DNA from: the human T2T-CHM13v2.0 reference genome, Homo sapiens
Direction: 5' to 3' (one strand)
Length of the DNA: 64,000 nucleotides
Assembly: GCF_009914755.1 (NCBI RefSeq)
Contig: NC_060943.1
This document shows, piece after piece, positions 14,401-27,612 of the stretch. How positions within the stretch are numbered: the first letter of the stretch is position 1; each line of letters starts with the position of its first letter. The translations under genes and the position numbers were made by a program. The notes beneath the pieces are model-generated. The model ran no database searches and was not told where the DNA came from. It was given only the letters and a program-made list of their open reading frames with translations.

Positions 14401-17400
14401 TGAACGATCCTTTACACAGAGCAGACTTGAAACACTCCTTTTGTGGAATTTGCAAGTGGAGATTTCAGCCGCTTTGAGGTCAATGGTAGAATAGGAAATA
14501 TCTTCCTATAGAAACTAGACAGAATGATTCTCAGAAACTCCTTTGTGATGTGTGCGTTCAACTCACAGAGTTTAACCTTTCTTTTCATAGAGCAGTTAGG
14601 AAACACTCTGTTTGTAAAGTCTGCAAGTGGATATTCAGACATCCTTGAGGCTTTCGTTGGAAACGGGATTTCTTCATATTCTGCTAGAAAGAAGAATTCT
14701 CAGTAACTTCCTTGTGTTGTGTGTATTCAACTCACAGAGTTGAACGATCCTTTACACAGAGCAGACTTGAAACACTCTTTTTGTGGAATTTGCAAGTGGA
14801 GATTTCAGCCGCTTTGAGGTCAATGGTAGAATAGGAAATATCTTCCTATAGAAACTAGACAGAATGATTCTCAGAAACTGCTTTGTGATGTGTGCGTTCA
14901 ACTCACAGAGTTTAACCTTTCTTTTCATAGAGCAGTTGGGAAACACTCTGTTTGTAAAGTCTGCATGTGGATATTCAGACATCCTTGAGGCTTTCGTTGG
15001 AAACGGGATTTCTTCATATTCTGCTAGAAAGAAGAATTCTCAGTAACTTCCTTGTGTTGTGTGTTTTCAACTCACAGAGTTGAACGATCCTTTACACAGA
15101 GCAGACTTGAAACACTCCTTTTGTGGAATTTGCAAGTGGAGATTTCAGCCGCTTTGAGGTCAATGGTAGAATAGGAAATATCTTCCTATAGAAAGTAGAC
15201 AGAATGATTCTCAGAAACTCCTTTGTGATGTGTGCGTTCAACTCACAGAGTTTAACCTTTCTTTAAATAGAGCAGTTAGGAAACACTCTGTTTGTAAAGT
15301 CTGCAAGTGGATATTCAGACCTCCTTGAGGCCTTCGTTGGAAACGGGATTTCTTCATATTATGCTAGACAGAAGAATTCTCAGTAACTTCCTTGTGTTGT
15401 GTGTATTCAACTCACAGAGTTGAACGATCCTTTACACAGAGCAGACTTGAAACACTCTTTTTGTGGAATTTGCAAGTGGAGATTTCAGCCGCTTTGAGTT
15501 CAATGGTAGAATAGGAAATATCTTCCTATAGAAACTAGACAGAATGATTCTCAGAAACTCCTTTGTGATGTGTGCGTTCAACTCACAGAGTTTAACCTTT
15601 CTTTTCATAGAGCAGTTGGGAAACACTCTGTTTGTAAAGTCTGCAAGTGGATATTCAGACATCCTTGAGGCTTTCGTTGGAAACGGGATTTCTTCATATT
15701 CTGCTAGAAAGAAGAATTCTCAGTAACTTCCTTGTGTTGTGTGTATTCAACTCACAGAGTTGAACGATCCTTTACACAGAGCAGACTTGAAACACTCTTT
15801 CTGTGGAATTTGCAAGTGGAGATTTCAGCCGCTTTGAGTTCAATGGTAGAATAGGAAATATCTTCCTATAGAAACTAGACAGAATGATTCTCAGAAACTC
15901 CTTTGTGATGTGTGCGTTCAACTCACAGAGTTCAACCTTTCTTTTAATAGAGCAGTTGGGAAACACTCTGTTTGTAAAGTCTGCAAGTGGATATTCAGAC
16001 TTCTTTGAGGCCTTCGTTGGAAGCGGGATTTCTTCATATTCTGCTAGACAGAAGAATTCTCAGTAACCTCCTTGTGTTGTGTGTATTCAACTCACAGAGT
16101 TGAACGACCCTTTACACAGAGCAGACTTGAAACACTCTTTTTGTGGAATTTGCAAGTGGAGATTTCAGCCGCTTTGAGGTCAATGGTAGAATAGGAAATA
16201 TCTTCCTATAGAAACTAGACAGAATAATTCTCAGAAACTCCTTTGTGATGTGTGCGTTCAGCTCACAGAGTTTAACCTTTCTTTTCATAGAGCAGTTAGG
16301 AAACACTCTGTTTGTAAAGTCTGCAAGTGGATATTCAGACATCCTTGAGGCTTTCGTTGGAAACGGGATTTCTTCATATTCTGCTAGAAAGAAGAATTCT
16401 CAGTAACTTCCTTGTGTTGTGTGTATTCAACTCACAGAGTTGAACGATACTTTACACAGAGCAGACTTGAAACACTCTTTTTGTGGAATTTGCAAGTGGA
16501 GATTTCAGCCGCTTTGAGGTCAATGGTAGAATAGGAAATATCTTCCTATAGAAACTAGACAGAATGATTCTCAGAAACTCCTTTGTGATGTGTGCGTTCA
16601 ACTCACAGAGTTTAACCTTTCTTTTCATAGAGCAGTTGGGAAACACTCTGTTTGTAAAGTCTGCAAGTGGATATTCAGACATCCTTGAGGCTTTCGTTGG
16701 AAACGGGATTTCTTCATATTCTGCTAGAAAGAAGAATTCTCAGTAACTTCCTTGTGTTGTGTGTTTTCAACTCACAGAGTTGAACGATCCTTTACACAGA
16801 GCAGACTTGAAACACTCCTTTTGTGGAATTTGCAAGTGGAGATTTCAGCCGCTTTGAGGTCAATGGTACAATAGGAAATATCTTCCTATAGAAAGTAGAC
16901 AGAATGATTCTCAGAAACTCCTTTGTGATGTGTGCGTTCAACTCACAGAGTTTAACCTTTCTTTTCATAGAGCAGTTAGGAAACACTCTGTTTGTAAAGT
17001 CTGCAAGTGGATATTCAGACCTCCTTGAGGCCTTCGTTGGAAACGGGATTTCTTCATATTATGCTAGACAGAAGAATTCTCAGTAACTTCCTTGTGTTGT
17101 GTGTATTCAACTCACAGAGTTGAACGATCCTTTACACAGAGCAGACTTGAAACACTCTTTTTGTGGAATTTGCAAGTGGAGATTTCAGCCGCTTTGAGTT
17201 CAATGGTAGAATAGGAAATATCTTCCTATAGAAACTAGACAGAATGATTCTCAGAAACTCCTTTGTGATGTGTGCGTTCAACTCACAGAGTTCAACCTTT
17301 CTTTTAATAGAGTAGTTGGGAAACACTCTGTTTGTAAAGTCTGCAAGTGGATATTCAGACTTCTTTGAGGCCTTCGTTGGAAGCGGGATTTCTTCATATT

Positions 17401-20400
17401 CTGCTAGACAGAAGAATTCTCAGTAACCTCCTTGTGTTGTGTGTATTCAACTCACAGAGTTGAACGACCCTTTACACAGAGCAGACTTGAAACACTCTTT
17501 TTGTGGAATTTGCAAGTGGAGATTTCAGCCGCTTTGAGGTCAATGGTAGAATAGGAAATATCTTCCTATAGAAACTAGACAGAATGATTCTCAGAAACTC
17601 CTTTGTGATGTGTGCGTTCAACTCACAGAGTTTAACCTTTCTTTTCATAGAGCAGTTAGGAAACACTCTGTTTGTAAAGTCTGCAAGTGGATATTCAGAC
17701 ATCCTTGAGGCTTTCGTTGGAAACGGGATTTCTTCATATTCTGCTAGAAAGAAGAATTCTCAGTAACTTCCTTGTGTTGTGTGTATTCAACTCACAGAGT
17801 TGAACGATCCTTTACACAGAGCAGACTTGAAACACTCTTTTTGTGGAATTTGCAAGTGGAGATTTCAGCCGCTTTGAGGTCAATGGTAGAATAGGAAATA
17901 TCTTCCTATAGAAACTAGACAGAATGATTCTCAGAAACTTCTTTGTGATGTGTGCGTTCAACTCACACAGTTTAACCTTTCTTTTCATAGAGCAGTTAGG
18001 AAACACTCTGTTTGTAAAGTCTGCAAGTGGATATTCACACCTCCTTGAGGCCTTCGTTGGAAACGGGATTTCTTCATATTATGCTAGACAGAAGAATTCT
18101 CAGTAACTTCCTTGTGTTGTGTGTATTCAACTCACAGAGTTGAACGATCCTTTACACAGAGCAGACTTGAAACACTCTTTTTGTGGAATTTGCAAGTGGA
18201 TATTTCAGCCGCTTTGAGTTCAATGGTAGAATAGGAAATATCTTCCTATAGAAACTAGACAGAATGATTCTCAGAAACTCCTTTGTGATGTGTGCGTTCA
18301 ACTCACAGAGTTCAACCTTTCTTTTCATAGAGCAGTTGGGAAACACTCTGTTTGTAAAGTCTGCAAGTGGATATTCAGACTTCTTTGAGGCCTTCTTTGG
18401 AAGCGGGATTTCTTCATGTTCTGCTAGACAGAAGAATTCTCAGAAACTTCCTTGTGTTGTGTGTTTTCAACTCACAGAGTTGAACGATCCTTTACACAGA
18501 GCAGACTTGAAACACTCCTTTTGTGGAATTTGCAAGTGGAGATTTCAGCCGCTTTGAGGTCAATGGTAGAATAGGAAATATCTTCCTATAGAAAGAAGAC
18601 AGAATGATTCTCAGAAACTCCTTTGTGATGTGTGCGTTCAACTCACAGAGTTTAACCTTTCTTTTCATAGAGCAGTTAGGAAACACTCTGTTTGTAAAGT
18701 CTGCAAGTGGATATTCAGACCTCCTTGAGGCCTTCGTTGGAAGCGGGATTTCTTCATGTTCAGCTAGACAGAAGAATTCTCAGAAACTTCCTTGTGTTGT
18801 GTGTTTTCAACTCACAGAGTTGAACGATCCTTTACACAGAGCAGACTTGAAACACTCCTTTTGTGGAATTTGCAAGTGGAGATTTCAGCCGCTTTGAGGT
18901 CAATGGTAGAATAGGAAATATCTTCCTATAGAAACTAGACAGAATGATTCTCAGAAACTCCTTTGTGATGTGTGCGTTCAACTCACAGAGTTTAACATTT
19001 CTTTTCATAGAGCAGTTAGGAAACACTCTGTTTGTAAAGTCTGCAAGTGGATATTCAGACATCCTTGAGGCTTTCGTTGGAAACGGGATTTCTTCATATT
19101 CTGCTAGAAAGAAGAATTCTCAGTAACTTCCTTGTGTTGTGTGTATTCAACTCACAGAGTTGAACGATCCTTTACACAGAGCAGACTTGAAACACTCTTT
19201 TTGTGGAATTTGCAAGTGGAGATTTCAGCCGCTTTGAGTTCAATGGTAGAATAGGAAATATCTTCCTATAGAAACTAGACAGAATGATTCTCAGAAACTC
19301 CTTTGTGATGTGTGCGTTCAACTCACAGAGTTTAACCTTTCTTTTCATAGAGCAGTTGGGAAACACTCTGTTTGTAAAGTCTGCAAGTGGATATTCAGAC
19401 ATCTTTGAGGCTTTCGTTGGAAACGGGATTTCTTCATATTCTGCTAGAAAGAAGAATTCTCAGTAACTTCCTTGTGTTGTGTGTATTCAACTCACAGAGT
19501 TGAACGATCCTTTACACAGAGCAGACTTGAAACACTCTTTTTGTGGAATTTGCAAGTGGAGATTTCAGCCGCTTTGAGTTCAATGGTAGAATAGGAAATA
19601 TCTTCCTATAGAAACTAGACAGAATGATTCTCAGAAACTCCTTTGTGATGTGTGCGTTCAACTCACAGAGTTCAACCTTTCTTTTAATAGAGCAGTTGGG
19701 AAACACTCTGTTTGTAAAGTCTGCAAGTGGATATTCAGACTTCTTTGAGGCCTTCGTTGGAAGCGGGATTTCTTCATATTCTGCTAGACAGAAGAATTCT
19801 CATAAACCTCCTTGTGTTGTGTGTATTCAACTCACAGAGTTGAACGACCCTTTACACAGAGCAGACTTGAAACACTCTTTTTGTGGAATTTGCAAGTGGA
19901 GATTTCAGCCGCTTTGAGGTCAATGGTAGAATAGGAAATATCTTCCTATAGAAACTAGACAGAATGATTCTCAGAAACTCCTTTGTGATGTGTGCGTTCA
20001 ACTCACAGAGTTTAACCTTTCTTTTCATAGAGCAGTTAGGAAACACTCTGTTTGTAAAGTCTGCAAGTGGATATTCAGACATCCTTGAGGCTTTCGTTGG
20101 AAACGGGATTTCTTCATATTCTGCTAGAAAGAAGAATTCTCAATAACTTCCTTGTGTTGTGTGTATTCAACTCACAGAGTTGAACGATCCTTTACACAGA
20201 GCAGACTTGAAACACTCTTTTTGTGGAATTTGGAAGTGGAGATTTCAGCCGCTTTGAGTTCAATGGTAGAATAGGAAATATCTTCCTATAGAAACTAGAC
20301 AGAATGATTCTCAGAAACTCCTTTGTGATGTGTGCGTTCAACTCACAGAGTTTAACCTTTCTTTTCATAGAGCAGTTGGGAAACACTCTGTTTGTAAAGT

Positions 20401-23400
20401 CTGCATGTGGATATTCAGACATCCTTGAGGCTTTCGTTGGAAACGGGATTTCTTCATATTCTGCTAGAAAGAAGAATTCTCAGTAACTTCCTTGTGTTGT
20501 GTGTTTTCAACTCACAGAGTTGAACGATCCTTTACACAGAGCAGACTTGAAACACTCCTTTTGTGGAATTTGCAAGTGGAGATTTCAGCCGCTTTGAGGT
20601 CAATGGTAGAATAGGAAATATCTTCCTATAGAAAGTAGACAGAATGATTCTCAGAAACTCCTTTGTGATGTGTGCGTTCAACTCACAGAGTTCAACCTTT
20701 CTTTTAATAGAGCAGTTGGGAAACACTCTGTTTGTAAAGTCTGCAAGTGGATATTCAGACCTCCTTGAGGCCTTCGTTGGAAACGGGATTTCTTCATATT
20801 ATGCTAGACAGAAGAATTCTCAGTAACTTCCTTGTGTTGTGTGTATTCAACTCACAGAGTTGAACGATCCTTTACACAGAGCAGACTTGAAACACTCTTT
20901 TTGTGGAATTTGCAAGTGGAGATTTCAGCCGCTTTGAGTTCAATGGTAGAATAGGAAATATCTTCCTATAGAAACTAGACAGAATGATTCTCAGAAACTC
21001 CTTTGTGATGTGTGCGTTCAACTCACAGAGTTCAACCTTTCTTTTAATAGAGCAGTTGGGAAACACTCTGTTTGTAAATTCTGCAAGTGGATATTCAGAC
21101 TTCTTTGAGGCCTTCGTTGGAAGCGGGATTTCTTCATATTCTGCTAGACAGAAGAATTCTCAGTAACTTCCTTGTGTTGTGTGTATTCAACTCACAGAGT
21201 TGAACGATCCTTTACACAGAGCAGACTTGAAACACTCTTTTTGTGGAATTTGCAAGTGGAGATTTCAGCCGCTTTGAGGTCAATGGTAGAATAGGAAATA
21301 TCTTCCTATAGAAACTAGACAGAATGATTCTCAGAAACTCCTTTGTGATGTGTGCGTTCAACTCACAGAGTTTAACCTTTCTTTTCATAGAGCAGTTAGG
21401 AAACACTCTGTTTGTAAAGTCTGCAAGTGGATATTCAGACATCCTTGAGGCTTTCGTTGGAAACGGGATTTCTTCATATTCTGGTAGAAAGAAGAATTCT
21501 CAGTAACTTCCTTGTGTTGTGTGTATTCAACTCACAGAGTTGAACGATCCTTTACACAGAGCAGACTTGAAACACTCTTTTTGCGGAATTTGCAAGTGGA
21601 GATTTCAGCCGCTTTGAGGTCAATGGTAGAATAGGAAATATCTTCCTATAGAAACTAGACAGAATGATTCTCAGAAACTTCTTTGTGATGTGTGCGTTCA
21701 ACTCACACAGTTTAACCTTTCTTTTCATAGAGCAGTTAGGAAACACTCTGTTTGTAAAGTCTGCAAGTGGATATTCAGACCTCCTTGAGGCCTTCGTTGG
21801 AAACGGGATTTCTTCATATTATGCTAGACAGAAGAATTCTCAGTAACTTCCTTGTGTTGTGTGTATTCAACTCACAGAGTTGAACGATCCTGTACACAGA
21901 GCAGACTTGAAACACTCTTTTTGTGGAATTTGCAAGTGGAGATTTCAGCCGCTTTGAGTTCAATGTTAGAATAGGAAATATCTTCCTATAGAAACTAGAC
22001 AGAATGATTCTCAGAAACTCCTTTGTGATGTGTGCGTTCAACTCACAGAGTTTAACCTTTCTTTTCATAGAGCAGTTGGGAAACACTCTGTTTGTAAAGT
22101 CTGCAAGTGGATATTCAGACATCCTTGAGGCTTTCGTTGGAAACGGGATTTCTTCATATTCTGCTAGAAAGAAGAATTCTCAGTAACTTCCTTGTGTTGT
22201 GTGTATTCAACTCACAGAGTTGAACGATCCTTTACACAGAGCAGACTTGAAACACTCTTTTTGTGGAATTTGCAAGTGGAGATTTCAGCCGCTTTGAGTT
22301 CAATCGTAGAATAGGAAATATCTTCCTATAGAAACTAGACAGAATGATTCTCAGAAACTCCTTTGTGATGTGTGCGTTCAACTCACAGAGTTCAACCTTT
22401 CTTTTAATAGAGCAGTTGGGAAACACTCTGTTTGTAAAGTCTGCAAGTGGATATTCAGACTTCTTTGAGGCCTTCGTTGGAAGCGGGATTTCTTCATATT
22501 CTGCTAGACAGAAGAATTCTCAGTAACTTCCTTGTGTTGTGTGTATTCAACTCACAGAGTTGAACGATCCTTTACACAGAGCAGACTTGAAACACTCTTT
22601 TTGTGGAATTTGCAAGTGGAGATTTCAGCCGCTTTGAGGTCAATGGTAGAATAGGAAATATCTTCCTATAGAAACTAGAGAGAATGATTCTCAGAAACTC
22701 CTTTGTGATGTGTGCGTTCAACTCACAGAGTTTAACCTTTCTTTTCATAGAGCAGTTAGGAAACACTCTGTTTGTAAAGTCTGCAAGTGGATATTCAGAC
22801 ATCCTTGAGGCTTTCTTTGGAAACGGGATTTCTTCATATTCTGCTAGAAAGAAGAATTCTCAGTAACTTCCTTGTGTTGTGTGTATTCAACTCACAGAGT
22901 TGAACGATCCTTTACACAGAGCAGACTTGAAACACTCTTTTTGTGGAATTTGCAAGTGGAGATTTCAGCCGCTTTGAGGTCAATGGTAGAATAGGAAATA
23001 TCTTCCTATAGAAACTAGACAGAATGATTCTCAGAAACTCCTTTGTGATGTGTGCGTTCAACTCACAGAGTTTAACCTTTCTTTTCATAGAGCAGTTAGG
23101 AAACACTCTGTTTGTAAAGTCTGCAAGTGGATATTCAGACCTCCTTGAGGCCTTCGTTGGAAACGGGATTTCTTCATATTATGCTAGACAGAAGAATTCT
23201 CAGTAACTTCCTTGTGTTGTGTGTATTCAACTCACAGAGTTGAACGATCCTTTACACAGAGCAGACTTGAAACACTCTTTTTGTGGAATTTGCAAGTGGA
23301 TATTTCAGCCGCTTTGAGTTCAATGGTAGAATAGGAAATATCTTCCTATAGAAACTAGACAGAATGATTCTCAGAAACTCCTTTGTGATGTGTGCGTTCA

Positions 23401-23503
23401 ACTCACAGAGTTCAACCTTTCTTTTCATAGAGCAGTTGGGAAACACTCTGTTTGTAAAGTCTGCAGGTGGATATTCAGACTTCTTTGAGGCCTTCTTTGG
23501 AAG

Positions 23504-23507
23504 CGGA
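23504..23507 (+). other. 1-bp deletion (CGGGA>CGGA) giving a 339-bp dimer
   Basis: AAGCGGATTT at 23501-23510 versus AAGCGGGATT elsewhere; the downstream register shifts by -1 (ORF starts 23364 then 23703). Confidence 0.95.
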
Positions 23508-26500
23508 TTTCTTCATGTTCTGCTAGACAGAAGAATTCTCAGAAACTTCCTTGTGTTGTGTGTTTTCAACTCACAGAGTTGAACGATCCTTTACACAGAG
23601 CAGACTTGAAACACTCCTTTTGTGGAATTTGCAAGTGGAGATTTCAGCCGCTTTGAGGTCAATGGTAGAATAGGAAATATCTTCCTATAGAAAGTAGACA
23701 GAATGATTCTCAGAAACTCCTTTGTGATGTGTGCGTTCAACTCACAGAGTTTAACCTTTCTTTTCATAGAGCAGTTAGGAAACACTCTGTTTGTAAAGTC
23801 TGCAAGTGGATATTCAGACCTCCTTGAGGCCTTCGTTGGAAGCGGGATTTCTTCATGTTCAGCTAGACAGAAGAATTCTCAGAAACTTCCTTGTGTTGTG
23901 TGTTTTCAACTCACAGAGTTGAACGATCCTTTACACAGAGCAGACTTGAAACACTCCTTTTGTGGAATTTGCAAGTGGAGATTTCAGCCGCTTTGAGGTC
24001 AATGGTAGAATAGGAAATATCTTCCTATAGAAAGTAGACAGAATGATTCTCAGAAACTCCTTTGTGATGTGTGCGTTCAACTCACAGAGTTTAACCTTTC
24101 TTTTCATAGAGCAGTTAGGAAACACTCTGTTTGTAAAGTCTGCAAGTGGATATTCAGACATCCTTGAGGCTTTCGTTGGAAACGGGATTTCTTCATATTC
24201 TGCTAGAAAGAAGAATTCTCAGTAACTTCCTTGTGTTGTGTGTATTCAACTCACAGAGTTGAACGATCCTTTACACAGAGCAGACTTGAAACACTCTTTT
24301 TGTGGAATTTGCAAGTGGAGATTTCAGCCGCTTTGAGTTCAATGGTAGAATAGGAAATATCTTCCTATAGAAACTAGACAGAATGATTCTCAGAAACTCC
24401 TTTGTGATGTGTGCGTTCAACTCACAGAGTTCAACCTTTCTTTTCATAGAGCAGTTGGGAAACACTCTGTTTGTAAAGTCTGCAAGTGGATATTCAGACT
24501 TCTTTGAGGCCTTCTTTGGAAGCGGGATTTCTTCATGTTCTGCTAGACAGAAGAATTCTCAGAAACTTCCTTGTGTTGTGTGTTTTCAACTCACAGAGTT
24601 GAACGATCCTTTACACAGAGCAGACTTGAAACACTCCTTTTGTGGAATTTGCAAGTGGAGATTTCAGCCGCTTTGAGGTCAATGGTAGAATAGGAAATAT
24701 CTTCCTATAGAAAGTAGACAGAATGATTCTCAGAAACTCCTTTGTGATGTGTGCGTTCAACTCACAGAGTTTAACCTTTCTTTTCATAGAGCAGTTAGGA
24801 AACACTCTGTTTGTAAAGTCTGCAAGTGGATATTCAGACCTCCTTGAGGCCTTCGTTGGAAGCGGGATTTCTTCATGTTCAGCTAGACAGAAGAATTCTC
24901 AGAAACTTCCTTGTGTTGTGTGTTTTCAACTCACAGAGTTGAACGATCCTTTACACAGAGCAGACTTGAAACACTCCTTTTGTGGAATTTGCAAGTGGAG
25001 ATTTCAGCCGCTTTGAGGTCAATGGTAGAATAGGAAATATCTTCCTATAGAAACTAGACAGAATGATTCTCAGAAACTCCTTTGTGATGTGTGCGTTCAA
25101 CTCACAGAGTTTAACCTTTCTTTTCATAGAGCAGTTAGGAAACACTCTGTTTGTAAAGTCTGCAAGTGGATATTCAGACATCCTTGAGGCTTTCGTTGGA
25201 AACGGGATTTCTTCATATTCTGCTAGAAAGAAGAATTCTCAGTAACTTCCTTGTGTTGTGTGTATTCAACTCACAGAGTTGAACGATCCTTTACACAGAG
25301 CAGACTTGAAACACTCTTTTTGTGGAATTTGCAAGTGGAGATTTCAGCCGCTTTGAGTTCAATGGTAGAATAGGAAATATCTTCCTATAGAAACTAGACA
25401 GAATGATTCTCAGAAACTCCTTTGTGATGTGTGCATTCAACTCACAGAGTTTAACCTTTCTTTTCATAGAGCAGTTGGGAAACACTCTGTTTGTAAAGTC
25501 TGCAAGTGGATATTCAGACATCCTTGAGGCTTTCGTTGGAAACGGGATTTCTTCATATTCTGCTAGAAAGAAGAATTCTCAGTAACTTCCTTGTGTTGTG
25601 TGTATTCAACTCACAGAGTTGAACGATCCTTTACACAGAGCAGACTTGAAACACTCTTTTTGTGGAATTTGCAAGTGGAGATTTCAGCCGCTTTGAGGTC
25701 AAAGGTAGAATAGGAAATATCTTCCTATAGAAACTAGACAGAATGATTCTCAGAAACTCCTTTGTGATGTGTGCGTTCAACTCACAGAGTTCAACCTTTC
25801 TTTTAATAGAGCAGTTGGGAAACACTCTGTTTGTAAAGTCTGCAAGTGGATATTCAGACTTCTTTGAGGCCTTCGTTGGAAGCGGGATTTCTTCATATTC
25901 TGCTAGACAGAAGAATTCTCAGTAACCTCCTTGTGTTGTGTGTATTCAACTCACAGAGTTGAACGACCCTTTACACAGAGCAGACTTGAAACACTCTTTT
26001 TGTGGAATTTGCAAGTGGAGATTTCAGCCGCTTTGAGGTCAATGGTAGAATAGGAAATATCTTCCTATAGAAACTAGACAGAATGATTCTCAGAAACTCC
26101 TTTGTGATGTGTGCGTTCAGCTCACAGAGTTTAACCTTTCTTTTCATAGAGCAGTTAGGAAACACTCTGTTTGTAAAGTCTGCAAGTGGATATTCAGACA
26201 TCCTTGAGGCTTTCGTTGGAAACGGGATTTCTTCATATTCTGCTAGAAAGAAGAATTCTCAGTAACTTCCTTGTGTTGTGTGTATTCAACTCACAGAGTT
26301 GAACGATCCTTTACACAGAGCAGACTTGAAACACTCTTTTTGTGGAATTTGCAAGTGGAGATTTCAGCCGCTTTGAGGTCAATGGTAGAATAGGAAATAT
26401 CTTCCTATAGAAACTAGACAGAATGATTCTCAGAAACTCCTTTGTGATGTGTGCGTTCAACTCACAGAGTTTAACCTTTCTTTTCATAGAGCAGTTGGGA

Positions 26501-27612
26501 AACACTCTGTTTGTAAAGTCTGCAAGTGGATATTCAGACATCCTTGAGGCTTTCGTTGGAAACGGGATTTCTTCATATTCTGCTAGAAAGAAGAATTCTC
26601 AGTAACTTCCTTGTGTTGTGTGTTTTCAACTCACAGAGTTGAACGATCCTTTACACAGAGCAGACTTGAAACACTCCTTTTGTGGAATTTGCAAGTGGAG
26701 ATTTCAGCCGCTTTGAGGTCAATGGTAGAATAGGAAATATCTTCCTATAGAAAGTAGACAGAATGATTCTCAGAAACTCCTTTGTGATGTGTGCGTTCAA
26801 CTCACAGAGTTTAACCATTCTTTTCATAGAGCAGTTAGGAAACACTCTGTTTGTAAAGTCTGCAAGTGGATATTCAGACCTCCTTGAGGCCTTCGTTGGA
26901 AACGGGATTTCTTCATATTATGCTAGACAGAAGAATTCTCAGTAACTTCCTTGTGTTGTGTGTATTCAACTCACAGAGTTGAACGATCCTTTACACAGAG
27001 CAGACTTGAAACACTCTTTTTGTGGAATTTGCAAGTGGAGATTTCAGCCGCTTTGAGTTCAATGGTAGAATAGGAAATATCTTCCTATAGAAACTAGACA
27101 GAATGATTCTCAGAATCTCCTTTGTGATGTGTGCGTTCAACTCACAGAGTTCAACCTTTCTTTTAATAGAGTAGTTGGGAAACACTCTGTTTGTAAAGTC
27201 TGCAAGTGGATATTCAGACTTCTTTGAGGCCTTCGTTGGAAGCGGGATTTCTTCATATTCTGCTAGACAGAAGAATTCTCAGTAACTTCCTTGTGTTGTG
27301 TGTATTCAACTCACAGAGTTGAACGACCCTTTACACAGAGCAGACTTGAAACACTCTTTTTGTGGAATTTGCAAGTGGAGATTTCAGCCGCTTTGAGGTC
27401 AATGGTAGAATAGGAAATATCTTCCTATAGAAACTAGACAGAATGATTCTCAGAAACTCCTTTGTGATGTGTGCGTTCAACTCACAGAGTTTAACCTTTC
27501 TTTTCATAGAGCAGTTAGGAAACACTCTGTTTGTAAAGTCTGCAAGTGGATATTCAGACATCCTTGAGGCTTTCGTTGGAAACGGGATTTCTTCATATTC
27601 TGCTAGAAAGAA

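Larger units (their letters stand above)
74..15033 (+). repeat. Sub-array with ~9-dimer (3060-bp) higher-order units and 5440/6120-bp duplications
   Basis: Private SNPs recur at +5440 (822/6262, 3280/8720, 3290/8730, 3719/9159) and +6120 (5104/11224, 5358/11478, 7076/13196). Confidence 0.85.
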
